62,881 bases of DNA from Thainema sp. (GCA_052168235.1 JBQLZK010000044.1:1-62881); one strand, 5' to 3'. Shown: positions 29,715 through 41,606, counted from the stretch's first letter. A program made the numbers and translations. Notes: generated by a model from the sequence alone, not told the origin.

Positions 29715-32700
29715 TTAGCTATCGGCAGCTTCTTTGCGACCGACAAGAACCTCACCCTTTAGCATCCGCTTGGCTGCATCCAAAAGTGCTTCTTCCAAGT
29801 AAGGCTTTGTGAAATAGCCACTGGCACCGAGGTCAACCGCCATCTGCCGATGTCGATCCGCCCCCCTTGATGTCAACATTGCGATCGGCAGTTTTTGTAA
29901 GGCTGGATCTTTCTGCATGCGTGAGAGCAGCTCTAAACCGTCCATACGCGGCATCTCAATGTCGCAGAAGACCAAATCACAGGGTAGACCGGAACGTAGT
30001 TTTTCCCACGCTTCTTGGCCATCACGCGCCTGCTCAACCCGGTAGCCAACTTTGTTAAAGCTCATGGACAAGAGTTCGCGTACTGTGATGGAATCGTCCA
30101 CAATCAGTACAGTTGGCTCAGCATGGGTTTCTTCCTCTTCCACAGGTGGCTGGGCCATTTGCTCCCATATCGAGCTGCCCGCATCACGACGAATCCGTCC
30201 CATTGACAAGTCGATTAACTCTAGTACGTCGGCGATCGGCATAATCCGACCATCCCCAAGTACCGTCGCTCCAGCTACACCCAACGGTTTGGGTACTGGC
30301 CCTTCAAGCTGTTTGATTACAATCTCCTGCTCACCCAGCACCTGATCAACTTGCAGTGCGATATGGGTACCGGCACTACGCAACACGATAATCGAGATCA
30401 CTTCTTCATCGCCACTACCGCCATAGACACTACCTCGGCCTAGCACGCGATTATATTTCAATAGGTCGGCCAGCGGCTGGAAGGGCAGCAGCGTATCGCG
30501 CCATAGAATGCAAGTTCGCCCCTGATCATCGGTTTGAATCCGCTCCTTGGGCACGTCGAGCATATCTTCTACCCCGTCCATCGGGAAGGCAATCCGTGCC
30601 CGGTTGCTGACGCAGGAGAGCGCCTTGGAAATACTCAGGGTGAGCGGGAGACGGATTGTAAAGCTGGTGCCTTTGCCAATATTCGACTCGACATTGATCA
30701 CACCACGCATTTCCGCTAAGCGAGTACGAACGACATCCATACCCACACCCCGACCAGCAAAGTCATCTGCCTGGTCACGGGTACTAAATCCAGCATGGAA
30801 CAGCAGGTCATAAACGTCCAAATCAGTCATGCCCTGGGCTTCCTGAGCCGAGATTAGACCTTTTTTAATCGCTTTCTCTTTCACAAACGCAGGATCAATA
30901 CCACCGCCATCATCAGAGACGATGATGACCGTTTGGTTGCCTTGATGGAAGGTGCGAACCAGAATACGACCTTTTTCCGACTTCCCAACAGCACGTCGCT
31001 CATCAGGCGTTTCAATCCCGTGAGTGATGGCGTTGTTGACTAAGTGGGTCATGGGGTCATAGAGCTGCTCCAGGATCATCTTGTCGATCAGAGTGTCGCG
31101 TCCCTCAACAATCAGCTCCGCTTGCTTACCGCATTTAATCGAGATGTCACGCACCGCTCGTGGTAACCGATCGGCAATTTGTGCGAAGGGAACCATGCGC
31201 GATCGCATTAGCCCTTCTTGCAGTTGCGTCGTCACCTGCCGGAAGTTGCGGGTCACCTGATCCGTTTCTTCGACGATGAACTCAATGTCAGATGATGCCT
31301 CTCGCACCCGCACGATGAGTTCAATCATCTCCTGCGACAGCGTATGGAAGCCCGTAAAGCGATCCATCTCCAGCGCGTCGAAGCTGGCTCCAGTTGCGTG
31401 TTCAGACTGGTCTTGCGGGAGCTTAAAGGCTGATCCGTTGCCGGACTGCCGTCCAGACAGTAGTGAATTTTCCAACAGCGATCGCTCATATAGATCCCGC
31501 ATCCGCTGACCCACATCGCTGAGCTGCTGTACTTGGTACAGCAGGTTGTCAAGGAATTGCCGCAGGCGCTCCTCGTCTTGCTCCAGCGTATTCCGGTTGA
31601 CAACTAGTTCTCCCACCAGATTATTCAAGTTGTCCAGGTGCTTAACCGACACCCGCATACTCTGCTCACTAATCGAGTTGGAGCGACGGCCCGACATTCG
31701 CCGCCCCGTTGTGCTGGATGTACGAGAGCGAATCCCTTTGACCGTTGGCGAGCCGCCTAGAGTGTTATCGGCATCTTCAAGTAGCTTTTCCAGATCTTCG
31801 AACTCATCACCATCATCTGCAGCAATATCACCGGAGGATCCGTCGGTATCGTCGTCTAGCAGTGCTTCGAGATCGGCGAAACTATCGCCAGCGTCAGCCA
31901 TCCCAGAGTCCGCTGATGCCGTTTCGAGTTCCTCGTCATCTAGCAGATTTTCGAGGTCAGCAAATTCATCATCGGGAGGTTGAGCTGCGATCTCATCTTC
32001 AGTTTCATCCAGCAGGTCGTCCAGATCCGCCATGTCATTGTCAACAGCCCCTGTATCGGCTAGAGCCAGACCTTCTAGCTGAGACAGGTCGCTATCTGAC
32101 TCGGCTGAGGCTTCTGGCTCAACCTCAGCTTCACTGGACAAATCTAAATCGAGATCGTCGGACAGTGATTCTTCCCCTAAATCATCCATCAGCCCCAAGC
32201 CAAGATCATCCTCAGCCTGGTCATCAAGACCACCAAAGTCGGCATCAAACGAATCGTCTAGGGCAGATAGGTCATCAGACTCATCTCCGCCCAAATCCAA
32301 GTCAAAGTCAGCAGCGGCTGAATCATCAGACTCATCGGCTAAGCCATCCAGATCCAGCCCATCCATTGCCATCTCATCATCCGCTTCCGCCTCAAAGCAG
32401 AGATCTAAATCGTCTGCTGCGCTATCTTCAGTAATCTCATCACCGAAATCTAAATCAAGATCGCTATCGAGTGCTAAACCGTCTTCAGCATCAGTTTCAC
32501 CAAAGCCTAGATCAAGTTCATCTGTAGAGTCTGATGATTCGTGCGCCAGCCCCAAATCTAAATCTGCGGATTCAGCCGCCAAATCCAGCCCATCGAGATC
32601 TAATTCACTATCCTCTGCGCTGTCATCACTGAAATCAAGCGCAAAGTCATCATCACTCTGCTCAGCCTCAGCAACACCAGCAGTATCTGCTGCTAGATCA

Positions 32701-35700
32701 AAGTCATCGGCAAAGTTCAGCTCATCTGCATCATCGGTGGCTTCAAAACCCAGATCAGTTGCACCTTCTAGCGCAAAATCGAAGTCATCACTGGCCTGAT
32801 CGCCAGCATCAAAGTCAAGCTCCAGATCATCCGTCTCAGAACCATCCAGTCCTAGGTCATCCAAGTCACTGGTGGCCTCCAATCCCAGATCATCTAGCCC
32901 TAGTTCCTCTAAATCGTCGGATGCTAATCCCTCGATATCAGGCGATTCATCTGATTCATCGGCGGCAAAATCAAGAGACAAATCTTCACCTGATTCATCT
33001 AAGGACTCGTCGCCAAACAAATCGGCAGCATCCACGTCCTCTTCTGTTCCAAAATCGAGGTGAAGACTATCTTCCGTATCGGCAACTCCCTCATCCGGCG
33101 CTGCACCTAGGTCTAAAGTCAGCGTCGCCTCGGCATCTATATCAGTATCTTCTACGTCCATGTCGCCTAGATCTAGATCCGCCGCCGAGTCATCTGCCAA
33201 TGCATCGCCAAAATCTAAATCAAGATCGTCGGTTATGGCTTCGGATTCATCCGTAGCACCTGACTCATTGTCAAAATCTAGATCGAGGTCACCAGTTACT
33301 GATGCAGCTTCTAAATCTAAATCCAAACCATCTTCAGCATCGAAATCTAGACCAAGATCCGCTTCGTCCAGGCTACCTTCATCGAGATTGTCCTCTAAGC
33401 CAAGATTGCTTTCGTCCAAATCGCTCGTTAAGTCGTCTGCGCCTAGGTCAAGATCGAATTCACTATCATCATTTGCGGACGCCTCGCTCAGGTCAAAATC
33501 AGCCGCATCTTCAGCTATATCTTCGCCAAACAGCGCATCATCCAGACCTTCACCGAGATCCTCATCACCAAAATCGAGATCCAGATCCGCAGAACTTCCT
33601 GTTTCGTCACTGTCGTCTAAATCCAAGCCGAGATCGAAGGATGCATCACTTGCTTCATCTTCGGTATCTTCAGCTAACGAAGACAGGTCAAAATTAGCGC
33701 CAGCATCCATTGACTCATCAGGATCGAAACTGAATTCCTCCAAGTCCGCAGCCTGATCATCGGTTGCCCCAAATGGCGAATCAGTCAGCACTGACGCATC
33801 ATCTAGTGCAGGCTCGCTGTCATCGGCACCGAATAGTGAATCATCCAAACTCTCTGACTCTTCATTACTAAGATCCTCAAGCCCTAGATCTTCAACGCCT
33901 AAATCCTCAATGGCTAGGTTGTCGCCACCTAACTCCTCAAGTCTCAAATCGTCAGCGCCCGAATCGTCAGTTTCTAGATCGTCTAAATCGGCTAAATCAC
34001 CTAAATCGTTTAGATCATCATCAGCTAGATCCAAAGATGCAGCATTATCCTCAACCTCTAATTCCTCCAGGCCAAGCTCCTCGATCGCGGCATCCGCATT
34101 CGTATCGGCATCTGTGTCCGCCAGCGTTTCTAGCGTCATCGCTGCAGCCGCAGCCGTATCGATCTCTTCGTAAGCATCGAAGAAGGCATCCGGATCATCT
34201 GCATTGGTTGCTTCAGAGGTGCTGGATGTTGTGGTATCAGAACCCAAATCCTCAAACTCTGACCAGGGATCTGCGATCGCAAATTTCTGTGCTGCAGCTT
34301 CAACTGCTTGTTCGGTTTGCTCAGCAGATAGCTCATCCTTAGCTTTGGCATCTGACCACAAGTCAGCTTCCAGATCGCTATCTAGCGCTAGGTTATCATC
34401 ACTAATGCTGTCTGCTACGGCTGCTTCTGACAGCAGGTTAACTTCTGAATCTATCTCATCATCAGCCAACAAATCCGTCATGTCATCAGCCAAATCAAGC
34501 GAATCGGGGAGGCCTATATCAGACACATCATCCGCCGCCGAATCATCTGCTAGGTCAGCAAAATTCAGATTATCCGAGAAATCGTCAGTGGCTGAGCCGT
34601 CCTCAGACAACTCAAAGTCAAAGGAGGCTTCGGTCTCGTCTGCCGTTTCATCTAGACCAGACAAGTCAAAATCATCGCTGCCTAGATTGAGTCCATCGAG
34701 TCCATCAGTTGAGTCATCAGATAATTCAGATTCCTCAAAAGTTAGCGAATCAGTCAGTGAATCAGCGGCCTCAGCTTCGCCTAAACCCTCTTCGTCAAAA
34801 TCGAGACTGCTTAAGTCATCTAACTCATCAAGACCTAGATCGGCTAAATCTTCATCGCCAGCCAGTAACTCTAGATCGGCGGGGGCTTCCGACTCTGTAT
34901 CCTCTGCTGCATCAACGTCAAACAACTCAGACATCTCATCGTCTGAGTCACTATTGGTCAAATCATCCGAGAACAGATCAGCGTCGTCTGCGGCTAAATC
35001 CAGTTCTAAATCAGAGGCTTCTTCTGCACCAAAGAGCGCTGACATGTCGTCGTCAGGTTCAGTTGCGGCATCTGAGCCGAAGAGCCCTGACATATCATCG
35101 TCAGCTTCATCGCCCAAATCAAAATCAGCTTCATCTGTAGACGCTAGATCATCCAGATCCAAGTCATCATCAGCATCTGATGCATCTGAGCCATCATCCG
35201 CAAACGACAGACCTAGATCGACATCGCTGCTTTCATTATCCTCATCTGTCACAGGTTGATCGGCAAAGATGTCTTGATTCAAGAAGCCCGATAAGTCGTC
35301 ATCAACCTCAAAATCACTGGCACTTACACTATCTTGGGTTAATAAATCAGAAAAATCTTCAGAAATATCGATGTCGGCCGAGTCTTCCTGATCAACGTCA
35401 GCCATATCTGTGGCCGAACCTTGCCAAGCGTCACCGAATTCAATTGATTCTCCTTCAAATAAATCGGCTAGGCTATTGAGCTCAGCAGTGCCAACTTCTG
35501 GTCCATTCTTATCGTCATCAAACCAACCATCGACATCATCCATGCCGCTAATTTGATCAATCTGGTCGAAGTTCAGGTCTCCAGTCGCATCGCTTGCGCC
35601 AGATTCTGATGCAAAGTCCAGACCTAGCCCGTCATCATCTGCCGCAGAACCCAGATCCAAATCATCGGCTGATTCCGCACCAGCTTCTAACCAGCTTAAA

Positions 35701-36716
35701 TCGGCTTCGGCCTCCGATTCCGCCTCGGACAGCATGTCTAAATCGGAGAAGTCTAAGTCCTCTTCAATCCCTGCCCCTGTGTCGAATAGGCTAGCCAAAC
35801 CTGCATCTGCCTCATCCTCATCCAGATCCCGCAGCAGGTCATCAACGGATTCACTCGTTGCCGCCAGTGGCACCATAGTCTGGAGAGCATCGCTAATGCA
35901 AATGTCTTGAAAGCGACCCACTAAAACATGCTCTTGCCCCTGCTTCAAATCTCTGATGATGACTGGTGCGAGACTGCGATAGGTATTGTCGCTGTTTGTA
36001 ACCGCCCCACGCGCTGCTCGCGCCAGATTACACCAGTCAATTAAATCAAACTGCTCCCCGGCCTGAATTAGGGTGTTACAGATGGACTGAAGTTGCGATC
36101 GCGTTCCAGCATTATCCTCCTGCTTAAAGAGCTGGAGCATGTCTCGCAAATAGCCAGGGACATCGCTCTTGAACACCAGCAAGAGGGCGCTTTCTTCGAC
36201 CTGAGGTGACGATGCTGGCTTGGATTGCGCTCTAGGCGTAGGTGCGGGGGCAAATTCGGGTAGATCCGCATCAGGAGGCAGACCGCCCGCCTGCTCAACC
36301 AAGGCATTGATGTGGGAATTTAGCTCAACCAGGGTTGGCTCTAACGATGCGGTTGCCTCTTCTGCTTTGTCATCGGTCAGACCAAATGGCCCCTGTAGTT
36401 CTTCTAGCAGTTCCTGCAAAATATCAAACACATTGAGCAGCAGCGACTCTAGTGTTTGATCAATGGTGATGTTGGGACATTCTTTCAGCAGCTTGAAATA
36501 GTCTTCTAAACGGTGGGACGTGTGCTGAATGGCCGTCACGCCCAGCATAGCTGCGCCGCCTTTGATCGAGTGGGCGGCCCGGAACATTTCATTGACCATT
36601 TCTGGATCTGCGATCGCGCTTTGCAGATTCAGTAATCCTTGCTCAATGGTATTGAGATGATCCTTCGCTTCTTCAATGAAATAACCCAGGATTCGCTGCT
36701 GTTGTTCCGACTGCAT
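29715..36716 (-). CDS. cheA: CheA-like hybrid histidine kinase (HmpE/PilL orthologue) with a very long acidic linker
   Basis: Hpt FRAAHSIKGGA; dimerisation and HATPase domains (HLVNNAITHG, SDDGGGI, GRGVGMDVV); CheW and C-terminal receiver domains. Confidence 0.93.
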   Translation of the reverse strand: MQSEQQQRILGYFIEEAKDHLNTIEQGLLNLQSAIADPEMVNEMFRAAHSIKGGAAMLGVTAIQHTSHRLEDYFKLLKECPNITIDQTLESLLLNVFDILQELLEELQGPFGLTDDKAEEATASLEPTLVELNSHINALVEQAGGLPPDADLPEFAPAPTPRAQSKPASSPQVEESALLLVFKSDVPGYLRDMLQLFKQEDNAGTRSQLQSICNTLIQAGEQFDLIDWCNLARAARGAVTNSDNTYRSLAPVIIRDLKQGQEHVLVGRFQDICISDALQTMVPLAATSESVDDLLRDLDEDEADAGLASLFDTGAGIEEDLDFSDLDMLSEAESEAEADLSWLEAGAESADDLDLGSAADDDGLGLDFASESGASDATGDLNFDQIDQISGMDDVDGWFDDDKNGPEVGTAELNSLADLFEGESIEFGDAWQGSATDMADVDQEDSADIDISEDFSDLLTQDSVSASDFEVDDDLSGFLNQDIFADQPVTDEDNESSDVDLGLSFADDGSDASDADDDLDLDDLASTDEADFDLGDEADDDMSGLFGSDAATEPDDDMSALFGAEEASDLELDLAADDADLFSDDLTNSDSDDEMSELFDVDAAEDTESEAPADLELLAGDEDLADLGLDELDDLSSLDFDEEGLGEAEAADSLTDSLTFEESELSDDSTDGLDGLNLGSDDFDLSGLDETADETEASFDFELSEDGSATDDFSDNLNFADLADDSAADDVSDIGLPDSLDLADDMTDLLADDEIDSEVNLLSEAAVADSISDDNLALDSDLEADLWSDAKAKDELSAEQTEQAVEAAAQKFAIADPWSEFEDLGSDTTTSSTSEATNADDPDAFFDAYEEIDTAAAAAMTLETLADTDADTNADAAIEELGLEELEVEDNAASLDLADDDLNDLGDLADLDDLETDDSGADDLRLEELGGDNLAIEDLGVEDLGLEDLSNEESESLDDSLFGADDSEPALDDASVLTDSPFGATDDQAADLEEFSFDPDESMDAGANFDLSSLAEDTEDEASDASFDLGLDLDDSDETGSSADLDLDFGDEDLGEGLDDALFGEDIAEDAADFDLSEASANDDSEFDLDLGADDLTSDLDESNLGLEDNLDEGSLDEADLGLDFDAEDGLDLDLEAASVTGDLDLDFDNESGATDESEAITDDLDLDFGDALADDSAADLDLGDMDVEDTDIDAEATLTLDLGAAPDEGVADTEDSLHLDFGTEEDVDAADLFGDESLDESGEDLSLDFAADESDESPDIEGLASDDLEELGLDDLGLEATSDLDDLGLDGSETDDLELDFDAGDQASDDFDFALEGATDLGFEATDDADELNFADDFDLAADTAGVAEAEQSDDDFALDFSDDSAEDSELDLDGLDLAAESADLDLGLAHESSDSTDELDLGFGETDAEDGLALDSDLDLDFGDEITEDSAADDLDLCFEAEADDEMAMDGLDLDGLADESDDSAAADFDLDLGGDESDDLSALDDSFDADFGGLDDQAEDDLGLGLMDDLGEESLSDDLDLDLSSEAEVEPEASAESDSDLSQLEGLALADTGAVDNDMADLDDLLDETEDEIAAQPPDDEFADLENLLDDEELETASADSGMADAGDSFADLEALLDDDTDGSSGDIAADDGDEFEDLEKLLEDADNTLGGSPTVKGIRSRTSSTTGRRMSGRRSNSISEQSMRVSVKHLDNLNNLVGELVVNRNTLEQDEERLRQFLDNLLYQVQQLSDVGQRMRDLYERSLLENSLLSGRQSGNGSAFKLPQDQSEHATGASFDALEMDRFTGFHTLSQEMIELIVRVREASSDIEFIVEETDQVTRNFRQVTTQLQEGLMRSRMVPFAQIADRLPRAVRDISIKCGKQAELIVEGRDTLIDKMILEQLYDPMTHLVNNAITHGIETPDERRAVGKSEKGRILVRTFHQGNQTVIIVSDDGGGIDPAFVKEKAIKKGLISAQEAQGMTDLDVYDLLFHAGFSTRDQADDFAGRGVGMDVVRTRLAEMRGVINVESNIGKGTSFTIRLPLTLSISKALSCVSNRARIAFPMDGVEDMLDVPKERIQTDDQGRTCILWRDTLLPFQPLADLLKYNRVLGRGSVYGGSGDEEVISIIVLRSAGTHIALQVDQVLGEQEIVIKQLEGPVPKPLGVAGATVLGDGRIMPIADVLELIDLSMGRIRRDAGSSIWEQMAQPPVEEEETHAEPTVLIVDDSITVRELLSMSFNKVGYRVEQARDGQEAWEKLRSGLPCDLVFCDIEMPRMDGLELLSRMQKDPALQKLPIAMLTSRGADRHRQMAVDLGASGYFTKPYLEEALLDAAKRMLKGEVLVGRKEAADS

Positions 36717-37133
36717 CGTCAGTATTCCTCTCGGTGCTCAATGGCATTAGCTGGTTCAGTGGTTGAAGGCTATTCAAAGGCTCTAGGGGCAGGCAATTCA
36801 AGAGCCAAATCGTAAACTGTCAGCTTCCAAATTCAAAACCAAAAGATGGCTCTACTCTAGCTAATCCCGCTGCTGTTTAACTACGCCTGCCTACTGTTTA
36901 TAGTCTTTCCCGTTTTCAGCCCAATTCTTTCGTCTTTGGTCTACAAAGTCTAGAGAATTTAATACAAATTGCAAATTATTGTTACGAATAGATGATGGCT
37001 CTACTCAAAGTAAAGGCAATTTTGCAAGTTTTTAGCATCTCAATGCACAAGTTTAATCGGGAAAGTAAAATGCGAATCATTTCTTCCCCGCTTTGTTACA
37101 GAACGATGAATGTTGAATCTTGAATTAATACCG

Positions 37134-37184
37134 AAACATTGAGGGCGCAGAGTTTGCACCGCTAACCCTGCGCCCTCAATGTTT
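37134..37184. terminator. Hairpin downstream of the MCP gene
   Basis: AAACATTGAGGGCGCAG...CTGCGCCCTCAATGTTT. Confidence 0.55.
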
Positions 37185-37206
37185 GAATTCTAAACAACCA
37201 GAACGT

Positions 37207-40200
37207 TTACTCGGACTTCTCAACGCGGAATCGTTCTACCGAGGTCAACAGGTCACGCGCAACGCCTACTAGATTTTGCAGAGAACCCGACACCCGCTGC
37301 GCTTCTTGGGAGGTTTCCTGAGCGGTTAATTCAACCGACTGCATAACCTGAGCGACTGCTCGTGACGTTTCGGTCTGTTCAACCGTGTCGGCTGTAATCG
37401 AACGCACCAGTACGTCAATTCGGTTCGATACCTGAATGATATCTTCCAGCGATCGCTTGGCCTGTTCCGCAAGACGGGTACCCTCGATAACCTGCTGCGT
37501 ACCTTCCTCCATCGCGGTCATAACTGAACCCGTTTCACTTTGAATCTGTAAAACGATCTGTTCAATTTCCTTCGATGCTTTGGCCGCTCGGTCAGCCAAC
37601 TGTCGAACTTCATCCGCTACGATCGCAAATCCACGACCGGCTTCACCCGCTCGGGCTGCCTCAATACTCGCGTTCAGCGCTAACAAGTTGGTTCGAGAGG
37701 CAATCTGCGAAATCAAGGCCACAATCTTGGAAATCTCCTGGGACGATTCGGCAAGCCGCTTCACCTTCCGGGTCGTTTCCGCCACCGTTTCCCGGATTTC
37801 CAGAATACCCGCTACCGTCCGTTCTACCGCTTCACCACCCTTTAATGCCGTAGTCGATGCGGAACGGGCCACTTCCTCGGCTTCACGCGCACTTTCGGCT
37901 ACCCGTTGAATTGAATCGGTCATCACCTGCACCGAATTGAGCGTAACGGCTAGCTCCTCAGCTTGGCGTAATGCATCCGAGGACAAACTGCGGGCAAACA
38001 TCTCGTTTTCGGTTGAGCCCTTGGCCACCTGCCGCGCTGCCACTTTCACCTGTTCGACGATTTCGCGCAGGTTCTGAATGGTTAGGTTGAAGGAGTCAGC
38101 GACCGCACCCAGTACGTCAGCCGTCACCTCAGCCTGCACCGTCAAGTCACCTCGGGCCGCACCTTCTACGTCATCCAGTAAACGAATCACCTGGCGCTGG
38201 AGATCCTCTTTGGCTTGCTCTTGCTCTTGCGCTTTGCGCTGAGCTTCGCTGGTGGTGGTTAGAATCACCCGCGACATCTGGTTGAATCCCGTCGCTAATT
38301 GACCAAATTCATCTTCGGAATAAACCGTCGCGTGGGCATTTAGATGTCCACTTGAGACAGACTTAAACTGAGACTGCAAGTCGTTGACTGAACGGCGAAT
38401 TTGCTTGTTAGCCAAGTGGCTGAGGGCAAAGGTGGTGCCGAAACCAACTGCTCCTCCCGCAAGAGCCATAACCAAACCTGCCCGCTGAACGTAGCCAATC
38501 TCCTCTTGGTCATAACTGCTAGGAACGAGCCGTGTTGCACCAAAACTAACGGCTGCCACAGCAATCATGGCTGCGATACCAGTTGTCCCAGCCATAATCC
38601 AGCGCTTCATATCCAGGGAAGCATTTTCAAACGGAGCCAGCATACCCTGCTCTGTGCTGACGCTCGGCGTTTCGTTTTCGTCCGCTTGGGTAAACGTAGG
38701 CAGTGAATCTGTAGCACCCGCAATGCTGAAGATTTCGTCTTCGCGAATGACAGATTGATCACCCGCATCCGTTAAATCGAATTCAGCATCGCTCATGGAG
38801 CGATCCATTGCGCCTGGCATGCCGCCTCCGGCACTAACGGAGGGACTGGTGAAGCCAGCCGAGCTATCAGACAAGTCAAATTCAGGCAAACTGCCTAAAT
38901 CATCAAAATCATCAAACTCATCTAGATAGTCCGCATTACTCTGCTCTGGGCCGCTGTGATCCAGTTCAACTGAGGCAAAATCGCTTTCTTCCGAGACAAA
39001 AGCGAAGTCTGATTCATCCACATCGCCGAGGCCATGACCATTAAAGTCACTCATGTCATCCACGGGAGAGGATGATACGAAGGTCATATCTTCATTGAAA
39101 TGGTTGTCAACCGCTGACGGTGCGGAGGCTGAGTGATTACTGCTTTCATCGGCAGCAAAATCGCTAGCTGCAAAATCATCAAATTCACTGGCAGCAAAGT
39201 CATCAAATTCACCTGCACCAAAGTCATCCGCCGCAAAGTCGTTAGACAGCTCATCCGTTCCGGCGGCTTCATCTTCTTCTAGACTGGTGCCCATGAAGAA
39301 TGTTTGTTCTCCCGAGTCAGAGATATCATTGGCCGATGGGGCAAAAGCGTCAGGCTGGTCTGGCAGCGACTCAAAATCGGATGGAGCACTATCTGGCGAG
39401 GACGGCTGTCCGAATGCATCGTCAAAGTCGTCATAGGCCGCAAAGCCTTCAGGCACGTCCTCTAGCCCTGCACCTGAATCAGCAAAGCCGGCATCGGGTG
39501 CAGTCGCAAAATCATCTGTAAAATCACCACTGGCAAAATCACCATTGCCGAAATCACCACCCGCAAAGTCATCGCTGGTAAAGCTACCACCCACTTCACC
39601 CGTTTCGAAGTCAGTAAAATCGTCCTCGACAAATGGATTATCGGCGGCGGGTGCAGCAAGGTCACCCTCTCCCATCGCGAACGCATCTGAACCGTAATCA
39701 TCGGCAGCAAAGGGGTTGGCTGCATCAGCCGAACCACCAAAATCATCGGCAACTAGCTCTTCATCAAGCCCTTCCAAGTGGAACGGATCGTCGGCAACGG
39801 GAGCAGGTTCATCAGCGGTGGCAAAATCGTCTTCGTCAAACGGATTAAAGGCCAGATCCTCAATGCCGTTGCCGGATTCAGCATCAGCAAAATCAGAGAT
39901 CGCTTGATCGCTGGCGGCTCCGGTTCCATCATCTAGCTCGAAATCGGAAAAGTTCACGTCGTTGAAGTCTTCGCCGCTGCCGAAATCAGGCGTGTCAGCG
40001 GCATCATCTGCGATCGCAAAATCCGAATCGTCGTGCTGGGCAAACGCATCCGGCCCATAAGCCTCTAGGTCATTATTGAAGAACTCTTCAGAACCGTTAC
40101 CAAAATCATCGGCCCCAAAGTCATCGGTTCCAAAGTCATCCGCACCAAAATCATCATCAGATCCACTGGCAGAACCATTGCCGATATCACCAACTTGATC

Positions 40201-40464
40201 AGCTTGGGCTAACCCCTGATTCGCATATTCGACATATTGCGGATCAGACGTTAGCGACAGTACAGCTTGATACTGTTCCCGTGCAATCTCTGGCTGTTGA
40301 AGGCCATAGCAATAAATGTGGCCTCGCAGCAGCATCACATCCGGCTTATCCGAATGCGATGCTGCCAAATCATCAATCAGAGAGGCCGCCTCTTCATAAC
40401 TTCCCTGCATGTAGGCGGTCATCGCCTTTTGATATGCTTGGGCGTAATCCGTCCCTGGTGCCAT
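37207..40464 (-). CDS. pilJ: Methyl-accepting chemotaxis protein (HmpD/PilJ orthologue)
   Basis: N-terminal TPR-like region, acidic linker, two TM helices, HAMP and the MCP signature [37 protein letters not shown]. Confidence 0.92.
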   Translation of the reverse strand: MAPGTDYAQAYQKAMTAYMQGSYEEAASLIDDLAASHSDKPDVMLLRGHIYCYGLQQPEIAREQYQAVLSLTSDPQYVEYANQGLAQADQVGDIGNGSASGSDDDFGADDFGTDDFGADDFGNGSEEFFNNDLEAYGPDAFAQHDDSDFAIADDAADTPDFGSGEDFNDVNFSDFELDDGTGAASDQAISDFADAESGNGIEDLAFNPFDEDDFATADEPAPVADDPFHLEGLDEELVADDFGGSADAANPFAADDYGSDAFAMGEGDLAAPAADNPFVEDDFTDFETGEVGGSFTSDDFAGGDFGNGDFASGDFTDDFATAPDAGFADSGAGLEDVPEGFAAYDDFDDAFGQPSSPDSAPSDFESLPDQPDAFAPSANDISDSGEQTFFMGTSLEEDEAAGTDELSNDFAADDFGAGEFDDFAASEFDDFAASDFAADESSNHSASAPSAVDNHFNEDMTFVSSSPVDDMSDFNGHGLGDVDESDFAFVSEESDFASVELDHSGPEQSNADYLDEFDDFDDLGSLPEFDLSDSSAGFTSPSVSAGGGMPGAMDRSMSDAEFDLTDAGDQSVIREDEIFSIAGATDSLPTFTQADENETPSVSTEQGMLAPFENASLDMKRWIMAGTTGIAAMIAVAAVSFGATRLVPSSYDQEEIGYVQRAGLVMALAGGAVGFGTTFALSHLANKQIRRSVNDLQSQFKSVSSGHLNAHATVYSEDEFGQLATGFNQMSRVILTTTSEAQRKAQEQEQAKEDLQRQVIRLLDDVEGAARGDLTVQAEVTADVLGAVADSFNLTIQNLREIVEQVKVAARQVAKGSTENEMFARSLSSDALRQAEELAVTLNSVQVMTDSIQRVAESAREAEEVARSASTTALKGGEAVERTVAGILEIRETVAETTRKVKRLAESSQEISKIVALISQIASRTNLLALNASIEAARAGEAGRGFAIVADEVRQLADRAAKASKEIEQIVLQIQSETGSVMTAMEEGTQQVIEGTRLAEQAKRSLEDIIQVSNRIDVLVRSITADTVEQTETSRAVAQVMQSVELTAQETSQEAQRVSGSLQNLVGVARDLLTSVERFRVEKSE

Positions 40465-40697
40465 TTGCCTTCTCCTGCCAGTGCAAGTATCCCAACGAGT
40501 CTGTCTAAATCAATCTAAATCGGACAAATCAGAATCAATCAAATCGGGTCAATCATGTTGGTTTGAGCTCAGTGGATCTAAACCAAATTGTGTGGATTTT
40601 ACGGACGGCTGAAACGCTTTCAATCTCAACTTTACTCACATTTACTTACTCAATCTACGCACTTGACTTGCACTTAACCTCGTTCATTCAAACCTGG

Positions 40698-41228
40698 TTA
40701 TGCCGCCCAGCGTGCAGATCGAAGAATTGCTACTTGATCCAACAGCCGCAGCTTGCGATCGCGCTCTGGATCAGTTATCCATTCTCCCCTTAAAAAAGGA
40801 GCCATGCTGTCTGGAACATTGATTGGCATCTGAATATCATCAACATCTAGCCAGTATGTCCCAACAACCTGATGAACAGCTAACCCTAGCATAGCTTCCT
40901 GATCTTCAACCGCAATTACTGGAATTTCAGAGCGATCAGTATTTAATATGACCGGATCTCCCAAAAACTGACCCAGATCTGCGACCCAGATCACCTGTCC
41001 CCGTATGTTGAGCGTACCCAAAAGCAAGGGAGAAACATTCGGAATCGGCGTAATTCGATCCAATGGAGATTCGATCACTTCCTTGATACCCGTCGCCGGT
41101 AAGGCGAACTCTTCCCCTGATGCAATATAAAACCGTAAGTGTAACTCACCTTCCGGCGTTTCAAGCTCCTGAAATTCGGGCGCTTGATCTTGACCGCGAC
41201 CAGTTAGAAAATCAGGATTACCTACCAT
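40698..41228 (-). CDS. cheW: CheW protein (HmpC/PilI orthologue)
   Basis: ITPIPNVSPLLLGTLNIRGQVIWVADL. Confidence 0.92.
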   Translation of the reverse strand: MVGNPDFLTGRGQDQAPEFQELETPEGELHLRFYIASGEEFALPATGIKEVIESPLDRITPIPNVSPLLLGTLNIRGQVIWVADLGQFLGDPVILNTDRSEIPVIAVEDQEAMLGLAVHQVVGTYWLDVDDIQMPINVPDSMAPFLRGEWITDPERDRKLRLLDQVAILRSARWAA

Positions 41229-41240
41229 GACCTCAACTTA

Positions 41241-41606
41241 CTACCCTCGCAACAATTGTTTAACTGTGCCAATCAGTTCAGTGGGTTGAAACGGCTTCGC
41301 AATGTAAGCATCTGCGCCCTGTTTCATGCCCCAGTACCGATCAAATTCTTCCCCTTTCGAGGAGCACATTACCACTGGCACATTTTGAGTGGCTGGATCG
41401 GACTTCAATTTGCGGCACACTTCATACCCGTTCATCCTTGGCAGCACAATATCTAAAACAACTAAATCGGGCCGCTGCGACTGGATACTGGCCATCGCCT
41501 CAACCCCGTCGGCAGCCACAACCACTGTCATCCCACTACGCTGCAAAAGATCGGTAATCATTTTCTGTTGTGGCACACTGTCTTCGACGACTAAGACAAC
41601 GCTCAT
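41241..41606 (-). CDS. pilH: CheY-like response regulator (HmpB/PilH orthologue)
   Basis: VLVVEDS, LDIVLPRMNGYEVCR and WGMKQGADAYIAKPF. Confidence 0.9.
   Translation of the reverse strand: MSVVLVVEDSVPQQKMITDLLQRSGMTVVVAADGVEAMASIQSQRPDLVVLDIVLPRMNGYEVCRKLKSDPATQNVPVVMCSSKGEEFDRYWGMKQGADAYIAKPFQPTELIGTVKQLLRG

Noticed and set aside
31546..35479. Long Ser-rich and His/Arg-rich plus-strand ORFs (e.g. 34204-35259, 31745-32434)
   Set aside because: They are antisense shadows of the low-complexity acidic CheA linker: GAT/GAC/GAA codon runs lack stops on the opposite strand.
40500..40556. AAATC-rich repeats between cheW and the MCP gene as a possible CRISPR or iteron array
   Set aside because: Short degenerate low-complexity units without unique spacers; no cas or rep genes in the window.
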